From assembly GCA_028286835.1 (NCBI GenBank), contig JAQBQT010000011.1:71246-129191 (forward strand): 57,946 bases of DNA, read 5' to 3'. The position numbers were made by a program, and so were the translations under genes. This DNA comes from Candidatus Parcubacteria bacterium (GTDB lineage: Bacteria > Patescibacteriota > Minisyncoccia > Phycocordibacterales > PALSA-1337). This document shows positions 29,699 through 40,319 of the stretch, in pieces. The notes beneath the pieces were generated by a model, which saw only the letters and a program-made list of their open reading frames with translations, made no database searches and was not told the origin of the DNA. How positions within the stretch are numbered: the first letter of the stretch is position 1; every line of letters starts with the position of its first letter.

Positions 29699-32031
29699 GG
29701 ATCACCTTTTTAGCATCGGGCAGCATACGCAGCAACTTTAGCTATCGCATACTTGCTTTAGCACGCTCTTTGAGAGCGCACGGAAACAGCGCATCGATCA
29801 TCGCCCCTTCTGCCGATAAATATAACAATTTCTCCCCTGAGAAAATAAATGAGATCGATGGCGTAAAGATACTTCAGCCATTTCAGCTCAAGACCAAGCG
29901 CCTGGAGATCAATCTCATCCCTTATCTCTTCGGTGCTTTTAAAGCGCTTCTTAAGGAAAAACCTGAAGTCATATACATTTATAAACCGACCCCGATCTCT
30001 GCTATCGGTCTTTTCGGCAAAATGGTCTTGGGGGCCGAGACGGTGGTGGATTTCGATGATCTTGGAAGCGAAGTTATGAGGATCGAAGGTCATCCATCCT
30101 ATCAACGGAAGCTGGTTGAATGGTCTGAGCGGATTTGCGCCCATTACGCAGATAGGCTCGTCGTGACATCAAGCCTGCTTTTTGATCTATATACAAAAAA
30201 ATATCCGAAGAAGCCCATCATCATTATCCCGAATGGAGTGGAGAAGGATTGGTTGAATAAGCCGCTCGTGGTTACAGATGCGGCTCGGATCGTTTTTATG
30301 GGATCTCTGAACAGGAAGACTATCTTGGGCCCGCTATTTGAAGTGCTGCCAAAAGTTATCGCCAAATATCCTTCGCTCAAAGTGCTTGTCATCGGCGATG
30401 GCACATACCTATCTTATTTCAAAGATCTCGCAGCAAAAGACGGCCTCACGAACAATGTATCTTTTACAGGATGGCTAGCTCTTGATGCCGCCCGATCCCA
30501 GCTGCATAGCGGCGACATCGGATACAACTATATGCCCGATGAGATCACTGTCAAAGCCGCGAGCAACATGAAGATGCCTCAATATATGTCTCGCGGCGTC
30601 GTCCCATTCGTGAGCGATGTGGGAGACCTTTCTCGCACAATCGGCAACGGTAGTGCAGGCTACATCTGCCCTGCTGGAGATGCAGGATCGCTTTTCAACG
30701 TCCTTGTTTCTGCCATCCAAGACCCGAACCGATCTGATAAGGTCAAAAATGCTATTCATCTCGCATCCACAGTGCTCAGCTGGGATACTCTTGCCCAGAA
30801 TTTCCAGGCATGGGTGCGTCCTTCTGGAAATACCCATCCAAAGATATATGTGGTCGCAACAGCGATACCCGGAAACTTTGGTGGCGGGGAGATGCGGAAC
30901 TTCAATCTTATCAAACAGCTCATTAAGCAGCTCAAGCCTAATCTCCACATCTTCTGTATCTCACAAAACAATATCCCCGATGAAATCAAAAAGTTCGAAT
31001 CTCAGACTACAGCCAAGATACACATTGCTCCAAGCGCTAAACGCACATGGGGCTCAACTCTCCGCGCGATCGTATTAAAGCGTGTCCCTCCCTATATGGA
31101 TGACTTCCAATCCAGCAACTTGGGCAGCATGTTCCGTATGGCATGCGAGGAATCGCTTCCCGATATCGTACATATAGAGCAGATACATGCCTACTATTGC
31201 GTGCGTCCGCACATTCCTTGGCTAAAAAAGATGGGCGTGCGCATCATATTCGATTGCCATAATGTGGAATTCCGAGGTTTCAAAGATTCATTGGAAATAT
31301 TCTCGCTTTCAAAGAGGCTGATAGGGACATATCTGACTCCTCACATGAAGAAAATTGAGATTGAGGCTACAAAATATTCAGACGCAATCCTCGCCTGCTC
31401 CGAGATCGATGCCGCTTTCTTTAGGGCATATAATAAAAACGTTCATATCATTCCGAATGGAGTGGACTGCTCAGAATTCGTATCTGACAAAAAACCAGAT
31501 AAGCCCATACTTATATTCATGGGATCTGCAGCATACCCCCCTAATGCTGATGCGGCTCAATTCTATCTAACATCTATCCATCCGATAGTAAAGAGATCTG
31601 TGCCGAATGTGCAGCTTCTGGCCATTGGCATCCAGAAATCATGGCTCGAAGAGAATAAGCTGGCCGATCCTTCTGTCGACGGTCTTGGATTTGTCGACGA
31701 TGTTAGGGTATACCTTAGTAAGGCAGCAATTGGCATCTCACCCATCCGTTATGGGTCAGGAACACGCATTAAGATCATGACGTACATGGCCACTGGCTTG
31801 CCTGTCATTTCCACCAGCAAGGGTGCGGAGGGGGTCGACTATGAGAACGGCAAGAACATCATACTCGCGGATGAAGCAGAGACGTTCGCTGCAGGCGTCA
31901 TCAAACTACTCAACGACAGAGTATTACGCGACAAGATCGCAAATAATGGGTATTCTTTCATAAGGGATCATTATGACTGGGATGTCATAGGCAAAAATCT
32001 GAAATCAATATATCTCCATGGCATTTCATAG
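29695..32031 (+). CDS. Double GT4 glycosyltransferase fusion
   Basis: Two GT-B modules (DFDD...IIPNGV...FMGSL; FDCHNVE...IIPNGVD...FMGS...PNADA...GSGTRIKI). ATGA overlap with the upstream gene. Confidence 0.88.
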   Translation: MRITFLASGSIRSNFSYRILALARSLRAHGNSASIIAPSADKYNNFSPEKINEIDGVKILQPFQLKTKRLEINLIPYLFGAFKALLKEKPEVIYIYKPTPISAIGLFGKMVLGAETVVDFDDLGSEVMRIEGHPSYQRKLVEWSERICAHYADRLVVTSSLLFDLYTKKYPKKPIIIIPNGVEKDWLNKPLVVTDAARIVFMGSLNRKTILGPLFEVLPKVIAKYPSLKVLVIGDGTYLSYFKDLAAKDGLTNNVSFTGWLALDAARSQLHSGDIGYNYMPDEITVKAASNMKMPQYMSRGVVPFVSDVGDLSRTIGNGSAGYICPAGDAGSLFNVLVSAIQDPNRSDKVKNAIHLASTVLSWDTLAQNFQAWVRPSGNTHPKIYVVATAIPGNFGGGEMRNFNLIKQLIKQLKPNLHIFCISQNNIPDEIKKFESQTTAKIHIAPSAKRTWGSTLRAIVLKRVPPYMDDFQSSNLGSMFRMACEESLPDIVHIEQIHAYYCVRPHIPWLKKMGVRIIFDCHNVEFRGFKDSLEIFSLSKRLIGTYLTPHMKKIEIEATKYSDAILACSEIDAAFFRAYNKNVHIIPNGVDCSEFVSDKKPDKPILIFMGSAAYPPNADAAQFYLTSIHPIVKRSVPNVQLLAIGIQKSWLEENKLADPSVDGLGFVDDVRVYLSKAAIGISPIRYGSGTRIKIMTYMATGLPVISTSKGAEGVDYENGKNIILADEAETFAAGVIKLLNDRVLRDKIANNGYSFIRDHYDWDVIGKNLKSIYLHGIS

Positions 32032-34393
32032 CCTTATCTTAAAACGCAAAGAGACCCCGTACCTGGAACAGCCATTCCCTCTGTATTTCCTATTGGGCCT
32101 CATCCTGGTCAACCTCATTGCTATCTTCAAATTTGATCCGTTTTATATCGGATCCTTTTTTGCGTTCTTCTACGTCATAATAACCCCAGGCCTCCTTGTC
32201 CTGCCTTTCCTGATTCACAAAAAATTCCCGCCCATGCTAGGCATTGCCATAAGCGCAGCATTGGGCATTCTGATACTCATGCTCGCAGGCCTGGTCATAA
32301 ATACCATGCTGCCCCTGATGGGCTTAGACGAGCCTCTTACGACGATACCGCTTCTGGTGATGTTTGACGTGATTGTGTATTTCGCACTCGTATGTAATTA
32401 CGAATTCAACAAACTTTTGCCATTCGAATTCAAGAATTTAAACGCATTCAATTGGTCCATTGTAGGAGCATCGCTTCTCACTCCTTTGTTCGCATGCATA
32501 GGCGCGATCATCCTTAACAACCAAGGCTCAAGTCTATTCGCCACCCTAGTTCTAGCCTTGCCTGTCGTACTGGTTCCAATAATCGTCTGGAAGAAGACCG
32601 GGATTGATCCGAATGTTCCTGCCATCGTGCTGTATCTCATAGCGCTAGGATTCCTCCTCACGAATTCGATGCGCGGATGGTACATATCTGGCCACGACAT
32701 ACTGCTTGAATATCACGTCTTCTCTGTGACCAACGCTGCACATCTATGGAACATGGCTTTCTATAGAGATCCCTATATGGCATGCCTCAGCTTAACCATA
32801 CTTCCTTCGTTCCTTCAGCAAGTCCTTCACATATCGCCCGAATACATCTTCAAATTCTTCATGCAATTCCTGGGAGCTTTTCCGGTGGTCGTCATCTTTT
32901 ATCTTGCTAAAGAATATGTCTCTGAGAAGATAGCCTTCCTGGTCGCCTTCTTATATATATCCTTCCCGACATTCTTAATCGATATGGCTTTCCTTAATCG
33001 CCAAGGCATTGCCTTTTTGTTCTTCTCCATCTTACTCCTATTCATTATGACGAAGAAATACGCAAAGGGTCCACAAAGAATGACCGCCCTTTTCCTCTTT
33101 GGCATTGGCATCATCATTTCGCACTACTCAACTTCATACGTAGCCATAGCGATGCTCGTGGGAACATACATCATCAATCGTGTAGCTAGGTTTATTGTTA
33201 CGACAAAGTGGCCCGCTTGGCTACAACGCCTGATGAACAAGCTTCCAAATCGTGATATGTATGATAAACCAATACTCATTAGCTTCCTATTCACTTTTGG
33301 CATGCTGGCGCTCATGCTGGTCTGGTCAACCCTCGTCACAAAGACGTCGACAAGCTTTTTCAATACGATCCAGCAGATTATCGTCACCGTCGAACGCCCA
33401 TTCAGCCTCGAAGAATCCTCTGGACAGGCCAATTACAGCCTCCTCCAACAGAAAAATAAGACTCCTCAGCAGCTATTCGATGAATTCAGAGCGGACGGCA
33501 TCAAACAAGTCCAAGTCAAAGAACATCTATCTGAGTTCTATCCCATAGCAATAACTGAGAGCTATCCTGCTATAGCCATCGCAGAGACTCCAACCCCACT
33601 CACATCGTTCGGCGAGAAGATCCAATCTATCGTGCGGGTGAATCTAACGTATCTTTTTGCTGTCATCAAACAGCTTTACGCAAAGATTATCCAGGTGTTC
33701 CTGCTTATAGGTCTCTTGGGACTCGTGCTCGGATTCAGCTTCAAGAAGAATATCTTGAGGAAAGTACCCGTAGAATATCTTGCGCTATCGACGGCCGGGC
33801 TTTGCATGATCGTGGCACAAACAATATTGCCCGCAAGCGCTATCGATTACGGCCTATTAAGGCTCTTGCAGCAGACGCTCATATTTCTATCATTACCGAC
33901 TATACTCGGGCTCATTCTCTTAACTTCTCTGGTGACCTACACCCCCAAGCGACAGCTCATCTCTTCGACGTGTGTCATCCTCTTTTTCTTTATAATTTTA
34001 TCCGGATTATTCCCACAATTGACTGGTGGAGCGAGATACCCACTTCCCCTTGATAATGCCGGCCTTTATTACGATTCATACTTCACTCATGGAGAAGAGG
34101 TCGCGTCCATCCAGTGGCTTGCGCAGAATGGAGATCACTCGCTACCGATCCAAGCTGCTCACTTCTCAGATATGAAGATGCTGGCATTTGGAAAGATCGG
34201 AGCATACATAGAGCTCCTACCTGAGACTACAAAGAAACGGTCGTACGTATATTTCAACTACGATAACACCAAAACAAATAACATCCTTGAGATCGTGAAC
34301 GGCAACGTCGTGTACTATCAATTCCCGACAATATTCCTGGATCGCTATAAGAGCCTTATTTATAGCAACGGGGGCAGCAAGATATTCCGCTAA
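32018..34393 (+). CDS. DUF2206-like polytopic membrane protein 1 (possible GT-C polymerase/transferase)
   Basis: More than 15 hydrophobic segments, ISGHDILLEY loop, ACLSLTILP, RQGIAFLFF, SHYSTSY, C-terminal IYSNGGSKIFR. Confidence 0.7.
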   Translation: MAFHSLILKRKETPYLEQPFPLYFLLGLILVNLIAIFKFDPFYIGSFFAFFYVIITPGLLVLPFLIHKKFPPMLGIAISAALGILILMLAGLVINTMLPLMGLDEPLTTIPLLVMFDVIVYFALVCNYEFNKLLPFEFKNLNAFNWSIVGASLLTPLFACIGAIILNNQGSSLFATLVLALPVVLVPIIVWKKTGIDPNVPAIVLYLIALGFLLTNSMRGWYISGHDILLEYHVFSVTNAAHLWNMAFYRDPYMACLSLTILPSFLQQVLHISPEYIFKFFMQFLGAFPVVVIFYLAKEYVSEKIAFLVAFLYISFPTFLIDMAFLNRQGIAFLFFSILLLFIMTKKYAKGPQRMTALFLFGIGIIISHYSTSYVAIAMLVGTYIINRVARFIVTTKWPAWLQRLMNKLPNRDMYDKPILISFLFTFGMLALMLVWSTLVTKTSTSFFNTIQQIIVTVERPFSLEESSGQANYSLLQQKNKTPQQLFDEFRADGIKQVQVKEHLSEFYPIAITESYPAIAIAETPTPLTSFGEKIQSIVRVNLTYLFAVIKQLYAKIIQVFLLIGLLGLVLGFSFKKNILRKVPVEYLALSTAGLCMIVAQTILPASAIDYGLLRLLQQTLIFLSLPTILGLILLTSLVTYTPKRQLISSTCVILFFFIILSGLFPQLTGGARYPLPLDNAGLYYDSYFTHGEEVASIQWLAQNGDHSLPIQAAHFSDMKMLAFGKIGAYIELLPETTKKRSYVYFNYDNTKTNNILEIVNGNVVYYQFPTIFLDRYKSLIYSNGGSKIFR

Positions 34394-34399
34394 TCTTCC

Positions 34400-35686
34400 A
34401 TGAGAATCCTTTTTATTTCAGAATATTACCCGCCCTATATCAAAGGAGGAGCAGAAGTAAGCACCTTTCTCTTAGTGAACCAGCTGGCGATAGAACATAC
34501 GATTACAATCGCATGCAGCAAGATCGCAACAGGACCATGGAACGAAAGGGGTGTTGAAGTGCATCCGATAATACGGAGGTTCACTCTGAAAAATAAAAAT
34601 ATACTATCGATCCTACAATACGGCTTTGGCATTATTTTCAATCCTTTAATCTCGGCCGTAGCCATCATTAGGCTAGCAAAGAAGGTTCGTCCGGAACTAG
34701 TGAACATAGTTCCCTCCTCGTACCAGTTCATTCCTATTGCACTGATCATGAGGCTCATCTTGGGCATACCGACAATCGTTGACTGCCGCGACTACAGCAT
34801 TATTTGTCCTGCCCATATGAATTGCGACAGATTCGACGATAGCATATTCAGAACCCATGGATACAGATGCCTTAGGACGTATAACGTGGAGAACAAATTC
34901 CTTTCACTTTTCATCGCCCCGTTCGCGTTATATGAATCGACTGTCTTTAATGCATACAAATATTCCCTGCGCTTCACGCTTGAACATGTGGACGGATTAA
35001 GGCTAATCACACTGAGCCGATATGTGCGAGATCAATTAGTACTGAATGGATTCGCTAAGAACAAGATATCCGTCATCGCTAACATCTGCGAGATCCCTGA
35101 CCGTGAACCGCAACAGGGAAAACTAGGATTGCCAACCTTTGCGTTCGCTGGCCGCCTGGAGAAAGGAAAAGGCGTCTGGGAGATCGTAATGGCGGCAGAG
35201 ATGTTACAGAAGCGCGGATATGATTTTGAAGTGCACATAGCAGGAACTGGAGATGAAGCTTCTAGTCTGGAGTCATATGTCAGAGACAATCCTAATACGC
35301 CGGTTAAATTATTGGGCAAAATGGATCATACTCAGGTGATGGAGCTCTATGAAGCGGCTACGGCCATCCTCGGGCCCTCACAGTGGCCAGAGCCCTTCGG
35401 ACGCTTCATTCTGGAAGCATTCAGTATGGGAAAACCGATAATCGCTACGCGAAGCGGTGGTATCCCTGAAGCAATTAATGATACAGTGACTGGAGTGCTT
35501 ATAGATCCAAAATCCCCTTCTCAATTAAGCTATGCGATGCAGTATTTCATCGATCATCCCGAAAAAGGCATAGCAATGAAAGCTGCGATCATTCGGGAAA
35601 GAGAGAAATACAAAGCAACTTGGATAGCGAAGGAGAGAGTAGGCATTTATGCGAATCTAATCGCACGTCAACACACATCTTTATGA
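34400..35686 (+). CDS. GT4 glycosyltransferase
   Basis: EYYPPYIKGGAE, FAGRLEKGKG, PEPFGRFILEAFSMGKP. Confidence 0.92.
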   Translation: MRILFISEYYPPYIKGGAEVSTFLLVNQLAIEHTITIACSKIATGPWNERGVEVHPIIRRFTLKNKNILSILQYGFGIIFNPLISAVAIIRLAKKVRPELVNIVPSSYQFIPIALIMRLILGIPTIVDCRDYSIICPAHMNCDRFDDSIFRTHGYRCLRTYNVENKFLSLFIAPFALYESTVFNAYKYSLRFTLEHVDGLRLITLSRYVRDQLVLNGFAKNKISVIANICEIPDREPQQGKLGLPTFAFAGRLEKGKGVWEIVMAAEMLQKRGYDFEVHIAGTGDEASSLESYVRDNPNTPVKLLGKMDHTQVMELYEAATAILGPSQWPEPFGRFILEAFSMGKPIIATRSGGIPEAINDTVTGVLIDPKSPSQLSYAMQYFIDHPEKGIAMKAAIIREREKYKATWIAKERVGIYANLIARQHTSL

Positions 35687-36567
35687 ATACACTAAAGGAA
35701 TCTTTAAGAAAAATCACTCCGCACTTCATCCTCGATATCGTTGGAAGATACGATTTTATCAAAAAAACCGAATTATTTTCAGAGAGGCCCTTTTATAGCA
35801 TGTGTAAGCTCTCACGCTGGATGTTCTTCGTTTGGACCAAAAGAGATGTTTCCTTCCGAACTCCCGATGGAACGAGATTCGTTTCGATGCCATATAATTT
35901 GAGCTCGTTTTTTGTTTGCTTTACAAATTACCGCGATCCGGCTATCCAGAAATTCATGACAACGCATCTAAAAACAGATGCTGTATATGTCGACGCTGGT
36001 GCCAATATAGGGACGTACAGTGTGAGGGCAGGACAATACCTCAAGCACGGCCAAGTCATTTCTTTTGAGGCACACCCGCTGATATTCTCTTATTTTGAAA
36101 GGAATATCAAACTAAACGGATTGCGTAATGTCAGATTATGCAATGTCGCGCTGGGCGCAGAGAATGGAGAGACCGAAATGGCGTATTCCAGTAAGAATGC
36201 CGGCGAGACACATATCGCGACGCCTGGCGAGCAGAAGATTAGCGTTCCTCTGCGGACGCTCGATAGTGCCCTTATGGAAATGAGCATTCGTGAGATCGAT
36301 TATTTGAAGATTGATGTCGAAGGGTTTGAGCTTCCTCTCCTGAAGGGTTCTAAGGAGATTGTGCGGAACAGCAAAAAGATAATCATCCAGACGGAATTGA
36401 ACAACAAGCATGCGCAAAGATACAATAATTCTGTAAAGGATCTAACGGACCTACTTATGAGCTGGGGGTTGGCACCGCACTCAATTGACAATAACGGACA
36501 ATCCCATACTATGGAGCCAAAGGAGCTTGAGGAGGATTGTGACGTGCTTTGGTGGAGAGAACAATAA
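35683..36567 (+). CDS. FkbM-family SAM-dependent methyltransferase
   Basis: VDAGANIG, FEAHP, NVALG, LKIDVEGFE. Start set to ATG 35683. Confidence 0.92.
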   Translation: MNTLKESLRKITPHFILDIVGRYDFIKKTELFSERPFYSMCKLSRWMFFVWTKRDVSFRTPDGTRFVSMPYNLSSFFVCFTNYRDPAIQKFMTTHLKTDAVYVDAGANIGTYSVRAGQYLKHGQVISFEAHPLIFSYFERNIKLNGLRNVRLCNVALGAENGETEMAYSSKNAGETHIATPGEQKISVPLRTLDSALMEMSIREIDYLKIDVEGFELPLLKGSKEIVRNSKKIIIQTELNNKHAQRYNNSVKDLTDLLMSWGLAPHSIDNNGQSHTMEPKELEEDCDVLWWREQ

Positions 36568-36576
36568 TCGATCAAG

Positions 36577-37839
36577 ATGAATACCACAGCAATAAAAAAA
36601 GAGGTCCATGTTAGATTTTCAGGAGGTAAAGTGAAACCTTTGATCCTCCTGATGAGTCTAAGTATTTTTGCTTTTTTTATTTTGGTCGGTTTCATCCGCT
36701 CGATTTCTCAAAACGAACCGCCTGCAGTTGTAACCCCGGCCCTCACCTCTACTACGACAACGGCGGCATCGACAACTTTCCCTAGTAAACCTAATCCCCC
36801 AGTAGTCACCCGCCCTACAACACCCGTAACCATAACGCCAAGCGGCCTTGCGGGGATCGGGCATGCAGTAGGAATCTCTGCCGGAGGATCTCTGTCGCGA
36901 ATGAGTCTGTCGGATATGAATGCGTATCTCGACCAAATGTCAGCCCTCGGCGTCACGTGGGTCAGGTTCGATGTCGAGTGGGGCATCGTTCAATATAATT
37001 CACCCAACAATTTCGACTGGAGCAATTTCGATGACCTTGTAAGTGCGATCAACTCCCACCATATGAATGGCCTAGGTATCATCCTTTTCACCCCAGCATG
37101 GGCTCGAAATCCATCCTGTACAGGTGGCGCAAAGTGCCCTCCAAACGATCCTCAACAGTTCGCAACATTCGCTGCTTCCCTCGCAAACCGATACAAAGAC
37201 AAAGGTATCCACGATTGGGAGATCTGGAACGAACCAAATAACTATGATTTTTGGGCGACAAAAACAGACTGCGTCGCATATACGAATCTTCTTAAGGTCA
37301 CATATCCTGCTATAAAGGCTGTTGACCCGCTCGCAGTCATCGTGAGCGGCGGTCTAGCTCCCGAAAATACCGACAACCACAACATATCTCAGATGGACTT
37401 CCTCAGGTGCATCTATGCCAATGGCGGGAAAGAGTATTTCGATGTGTTCGGTGACCACTCATACACATTTCCCTCCCTACCAAGCGATAATAAAACAAAT
37501 ATCTGGGCACAAATGTCTGTCACGTCTCCAAGCCTGCGCAGCATCATGATCGCGAACGGCGATGGCGCAAAAAAGACATGGATCACAGAATTTGGAGTTC
37601 CCACGAATGGCCCTAACTCAAACTGGTATGTAAGCGAAGCTCGACAAGCGCAAATGGTCGTAAGCTCGATGAATCTATACAAGACCTATGACTGGGCAGG
37701 GCCTATATTCTGGTACACGTTGAGAGATAATGGCACGTCAACGAATACAAATGAGAATTTCTTTGGGCTTATACGAGCGGACGGAAGCCTTAAACCTGCT
37801 TATACAACGCTCAAAGATATACTCTCTCACGGAATCTAA
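36577..37839 (+). CDS. Membrane-anchored clan GH-A glycoside hydrolase (GH5/GH39-like)
   Basis: N-terminal TM and P/T linker, WVRFD, TPAWA, WEIWNEPN (acid/base Glu), WITEFG (nucleophile Glu), FGLIR. Confidence 0.85.
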   Translation: MNTTAIKKEVHVRFSGGKVKPLILLMSLSIFAFFILVGFIRSISQNEPPAVVTPALTSTTTTAASTTFPSKPNPPVVTRPTTPVTITPSGLAGIGHAVGISAGGSLSRMSLSDMNAYLDQMSALGVTWVRFDVEWGIVQYNSPNNFDWSNFDDLVSAINSHHMNGLGIILFTPAWARNPSCTGGAKCPPNDPQQFATFAASLANRYKDKGIHDWEIWNEPNNYDFWATKTDCVAYTNLLKVTYPAIKAVDPLAVIVSGGLAPENTDNHNISQMDFLRCIYANGGKEYFDVFGDHSYTFPSLPSDNKTNIWAQMSVTSPSLRSIMIANGDGAKKTWITEFGVPTNGPNSNWYVSEARQAQMVVSSMNLYKTYDWAGPIFWYTLRDNGTSTNTNENFFGLIRADGSLKPAYTTLKDILSHGI

Positions 37840-37898
37840 TCACACCACGATAACCTTCTTCCACGCAAGGACAATATAGGGTATGCTGGATACTATAC

Positions 37899-40319
37899 AT
37901 GATGAAACGTATGGCCATTATGGCCATTTATATTTTATGTAGTACGTGTTCGCTGTCTCCTCTCACAAAAAAAGCCGAAGCCTCCACATTCTCTATCGGC
38001 GAACGTGTCTACATAGTAAATACCCTGAGGGTGCATAAGATACCCTCCAATTCCACCGACTCGATAGTCGGCGCGCATCCTGCTGGCAGCTTTGGAACGA
38101 TCATAAGTGGTCCCAAAGTAACATCTGCCTATACCTGGTGGCAGGTAGACTACGATTCAGGCGCAGACGGTTGGAGCGCATCGAATTGGCTCTTTCGTGC
38201 CCCCATCCAAACTATCGCTAAAAAAAATAGCATTGTCTCAAGCACGAATCTTTCAGGCACTATAGGAAATCAAACAGGGAACACTGCTGTGCAAGTCGGA
38301 AATCAAATACAGACCACAGCTAATCTGAAGGTACGTTCTGCTCCATCAGCTAACGGAGCACCCATTGGCAAGCATACTGTCGGGTCCAAAGGGACAGTTA
38401 CAGCAGGGCCAGTCTCAGCGAACGGTTATAAATGGTGGCACATCGAATACAGAGATGGACTATCAGGATGGAGCGCACAAGATTGGCTCGCACCCGCCGC
38501 AAGCTCTGCGCCTGTAATTCCGATCTCCACAGCCGACTCAGCGATGCCATCGACAGCAAATGATACTCCATCATATTCCGGAGAAGGCGGGGGTGGATCT
38601 GCAACACGTGCACCTGTCATACCGACACCACCAGTATCTACAAATACCGGAGGCGGTGGAGGCGGATCAGTACTACCGGCACCTATCATACCGACACCAC
38701 CAGTATCTACAAATACCGGAGGCGGTGGAGGCGGGAATCCATCTATCTCCGCACCGACTCCGACGACCTACACGTTAAATGCATCAAGCGACGTTGGCGG
38801 AACTATTTCTCCAACCGGATCTACAAAGATAAATAGCGGAGCTTCTCAGACATACCTCATCACCGCAGCTAGCGGCAAGAAGATTTCAACTGTCAGCATC
38901 GATGGAAAAGCTCTGTCAGGAACACCTTCAAGCTACGTCTTCTCAAATGTGACCGCAAACCATACCATACATGCTACGTTCGCCGTTTCTACAACAACAC
39001 CACCTTTACAGCTGACAGCGCCGACCATCACATCTTTCAAGGCGGGCACCTCAACGATAACGACTGGCAAATCTACTAGCTTGACCTGGATTGTTACTGG
39101 AACCCCGACGCCATCGATCAGCATCAATCAGGGCATTGGTACCATCATTGGAACAAGCTTGGTTCTGATCTCCCCTACCACTACCAAGGTATATACCCTG
39201 ACCGCATCGAATACGTCTGGCACAAAAACGGCTCAAGTCACCGTCATCGCCATCGCACCCAGCACCAGCACGCCAACCGCCAACGATCAGCCCCCAGCAA
39301 CACCTGCCACTGCCGGATCCAGTGCGGCAGCGCAGATCGGGCACACGGCCGGCATATCGGCGGGATGGCCCCTGTCACAGATGACGCCCGCAGCAATGAA
39401 TGCCTATCTCGATCGGCTTGTCGAACTCAAGGCGACTTGGGTACGGTTCGATATTGATTGGGACCTCATTCAAAAGGATTCGCAGAACGCATTCGACTGG
39501 AGCAAGATAGACAGCTTGGTTGCAGCTATAAACAGCCACCATCTGAGCGGTCTTGGCATACTACAATTCACGCCGGCCTGGGCTCGTAATTCTGCTTGTG
39601 CGAGCGGCAATAAATGTCCGCCGAACAAGTTCGACCAATTCGCGACGTTTGCCGCAGCCGCCGCCACCCGATACAAGGACAAAGGCATTCACACCTGGGA
39701 GATATGGAACGAGCCAAACAATGCCATCTTCTGGGCGCCACGTACTGATTGCGCTGCATATACGAGCCTGCTCAAAATCACGTACACGGCGATCAAAACT
39801 GCTGACCCAGGGGCCGTAGTCTTGAGCGGCGGCTTAGCTCCAGAACCCACTGATACCTACAACACTTCCCAAGCAGATTTCCTTAAGTGTATCTATACGA
39901 ATGGAGGCAAAGAGTATTTCGACGTCTTGGCTGACCACTCATATACATTCCCTGCTCTTCCTTCTGATAACAATACGAACATGTGGGCTCAAATGGCGGC
40001 GACAAACCCGAGCCTACGCAGCATCATGAGCACCAACGGGGATTCACATAAAAAAATGTGGATTACTGAATTCGGCACCCCTACGAATGGTCCTGATTCG
40101 AATACATTTGTTGATGAGGCTCGGCAATCTCTTATGGTCACAAGCGCCATGACTCTCTATAAGACCTATGATTGGGCCGGGCCGATATTCTGGTACACAT
40201 TGAATGACCTTGGTATATCAACGAGCACTATCGAGAACTTCTTCGGATTAATCCGAGCAGATGGAAGCCTAAAGCCAGCATTCACGACTCTCAAAAATAT
40301 CATAAACGCTGGCCTATGA
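37899..40319 (+). CDS. Secreted multidomain glycoside hydrolase: 2x SH3b-like, P/G/T linker, beta-sandwich modules, GH-A catalytic domain
   Basis: Signal peptide (KAEA/S), two ...GP...GY.WW.V.Y..G..GW modules, WEIWNEPN and WITEFG. Catalytic domain is a paralog of the preceding gene. Confidence 0.8.
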   Translation: MMKRMAIMAIYILCSTCSLSPLTKKAEASTFSIGERVYIVNTLRVHKIPSNSTDSIVGAHPAGSFGTIISGPKVTSAYTWWQVDYDSGADGWSASNWLFRAPIQTIAKKNSIVSSTNLSGTIGNQTGNTAVQVGNQIQTTANLKVRSAPSANGAPIGKHTVGSKGTVTAGPVSANGYKWWHIEYRDGLSGWSAQDWLAPAASSAPVIPISTADSAMPSTANDTPSYSGEGGGGSATRAPVIPTPPVSTNTGGGGGGSVLPAPIIPTPPVSTNTGGGGGGNPSISAPTPTTYTLNASSDVGGTISPTGSTKINSGASQTYLITAASGKKISTVSIDGKALSGTPSSYVFSNVTANHTIHATFAVSTTTPPLQLTAPTITSFKAGTSTITTGKSTSLTWIVTGTPTPSISINQGIGTIIGTSLVLISPTTTKVYTLTASNTSGTKTAQVTVIAIAPSTSTPTANDQPPATPATAGSSAAAQIGHTAGISAGWPLSQMTPAAMNAYLDRLVELKATWVRFDIDWDLIQKDSQNAFDWSKIDSLVAAINSHHLSGLGILQFTPAWARNSACASGNKCPPNKFDQFATFAAAAATRYKDKGIHTWEIWNEPNNAIFWAPRTDCAAYTSLLKITYTAIKTADPGAVVLSGGLAPEPTDTYNTSQADFLKCIYTNGGKEYFDVLADHSYTFPALPSDNNTNMWAQMAATNPSLRSIMSTNGDSHKKMWITEFGTPTNGPDSNTFVDEARQSLMVTSAMTLYKTYDWAGPIFWYTLNDLGISTSTIENFFGLIRADGSLKPAFTTLKNIINAGL
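38611..38734 (+). repeat. Intragenic 55-nt direct repeat (period 69 nt)
   Basis: 38611-38665 and 38680-38734 differ at one base and encode P(V/I)IPTPPVSTNTGGGGG twice. Confidence 0.9.

Noticed and set aside
38611-38734. Tandem repeat as a CRISPR or contingency locus
   Set aside because: It is an in-frame duplication of a Pro/Gly/Thr linker.
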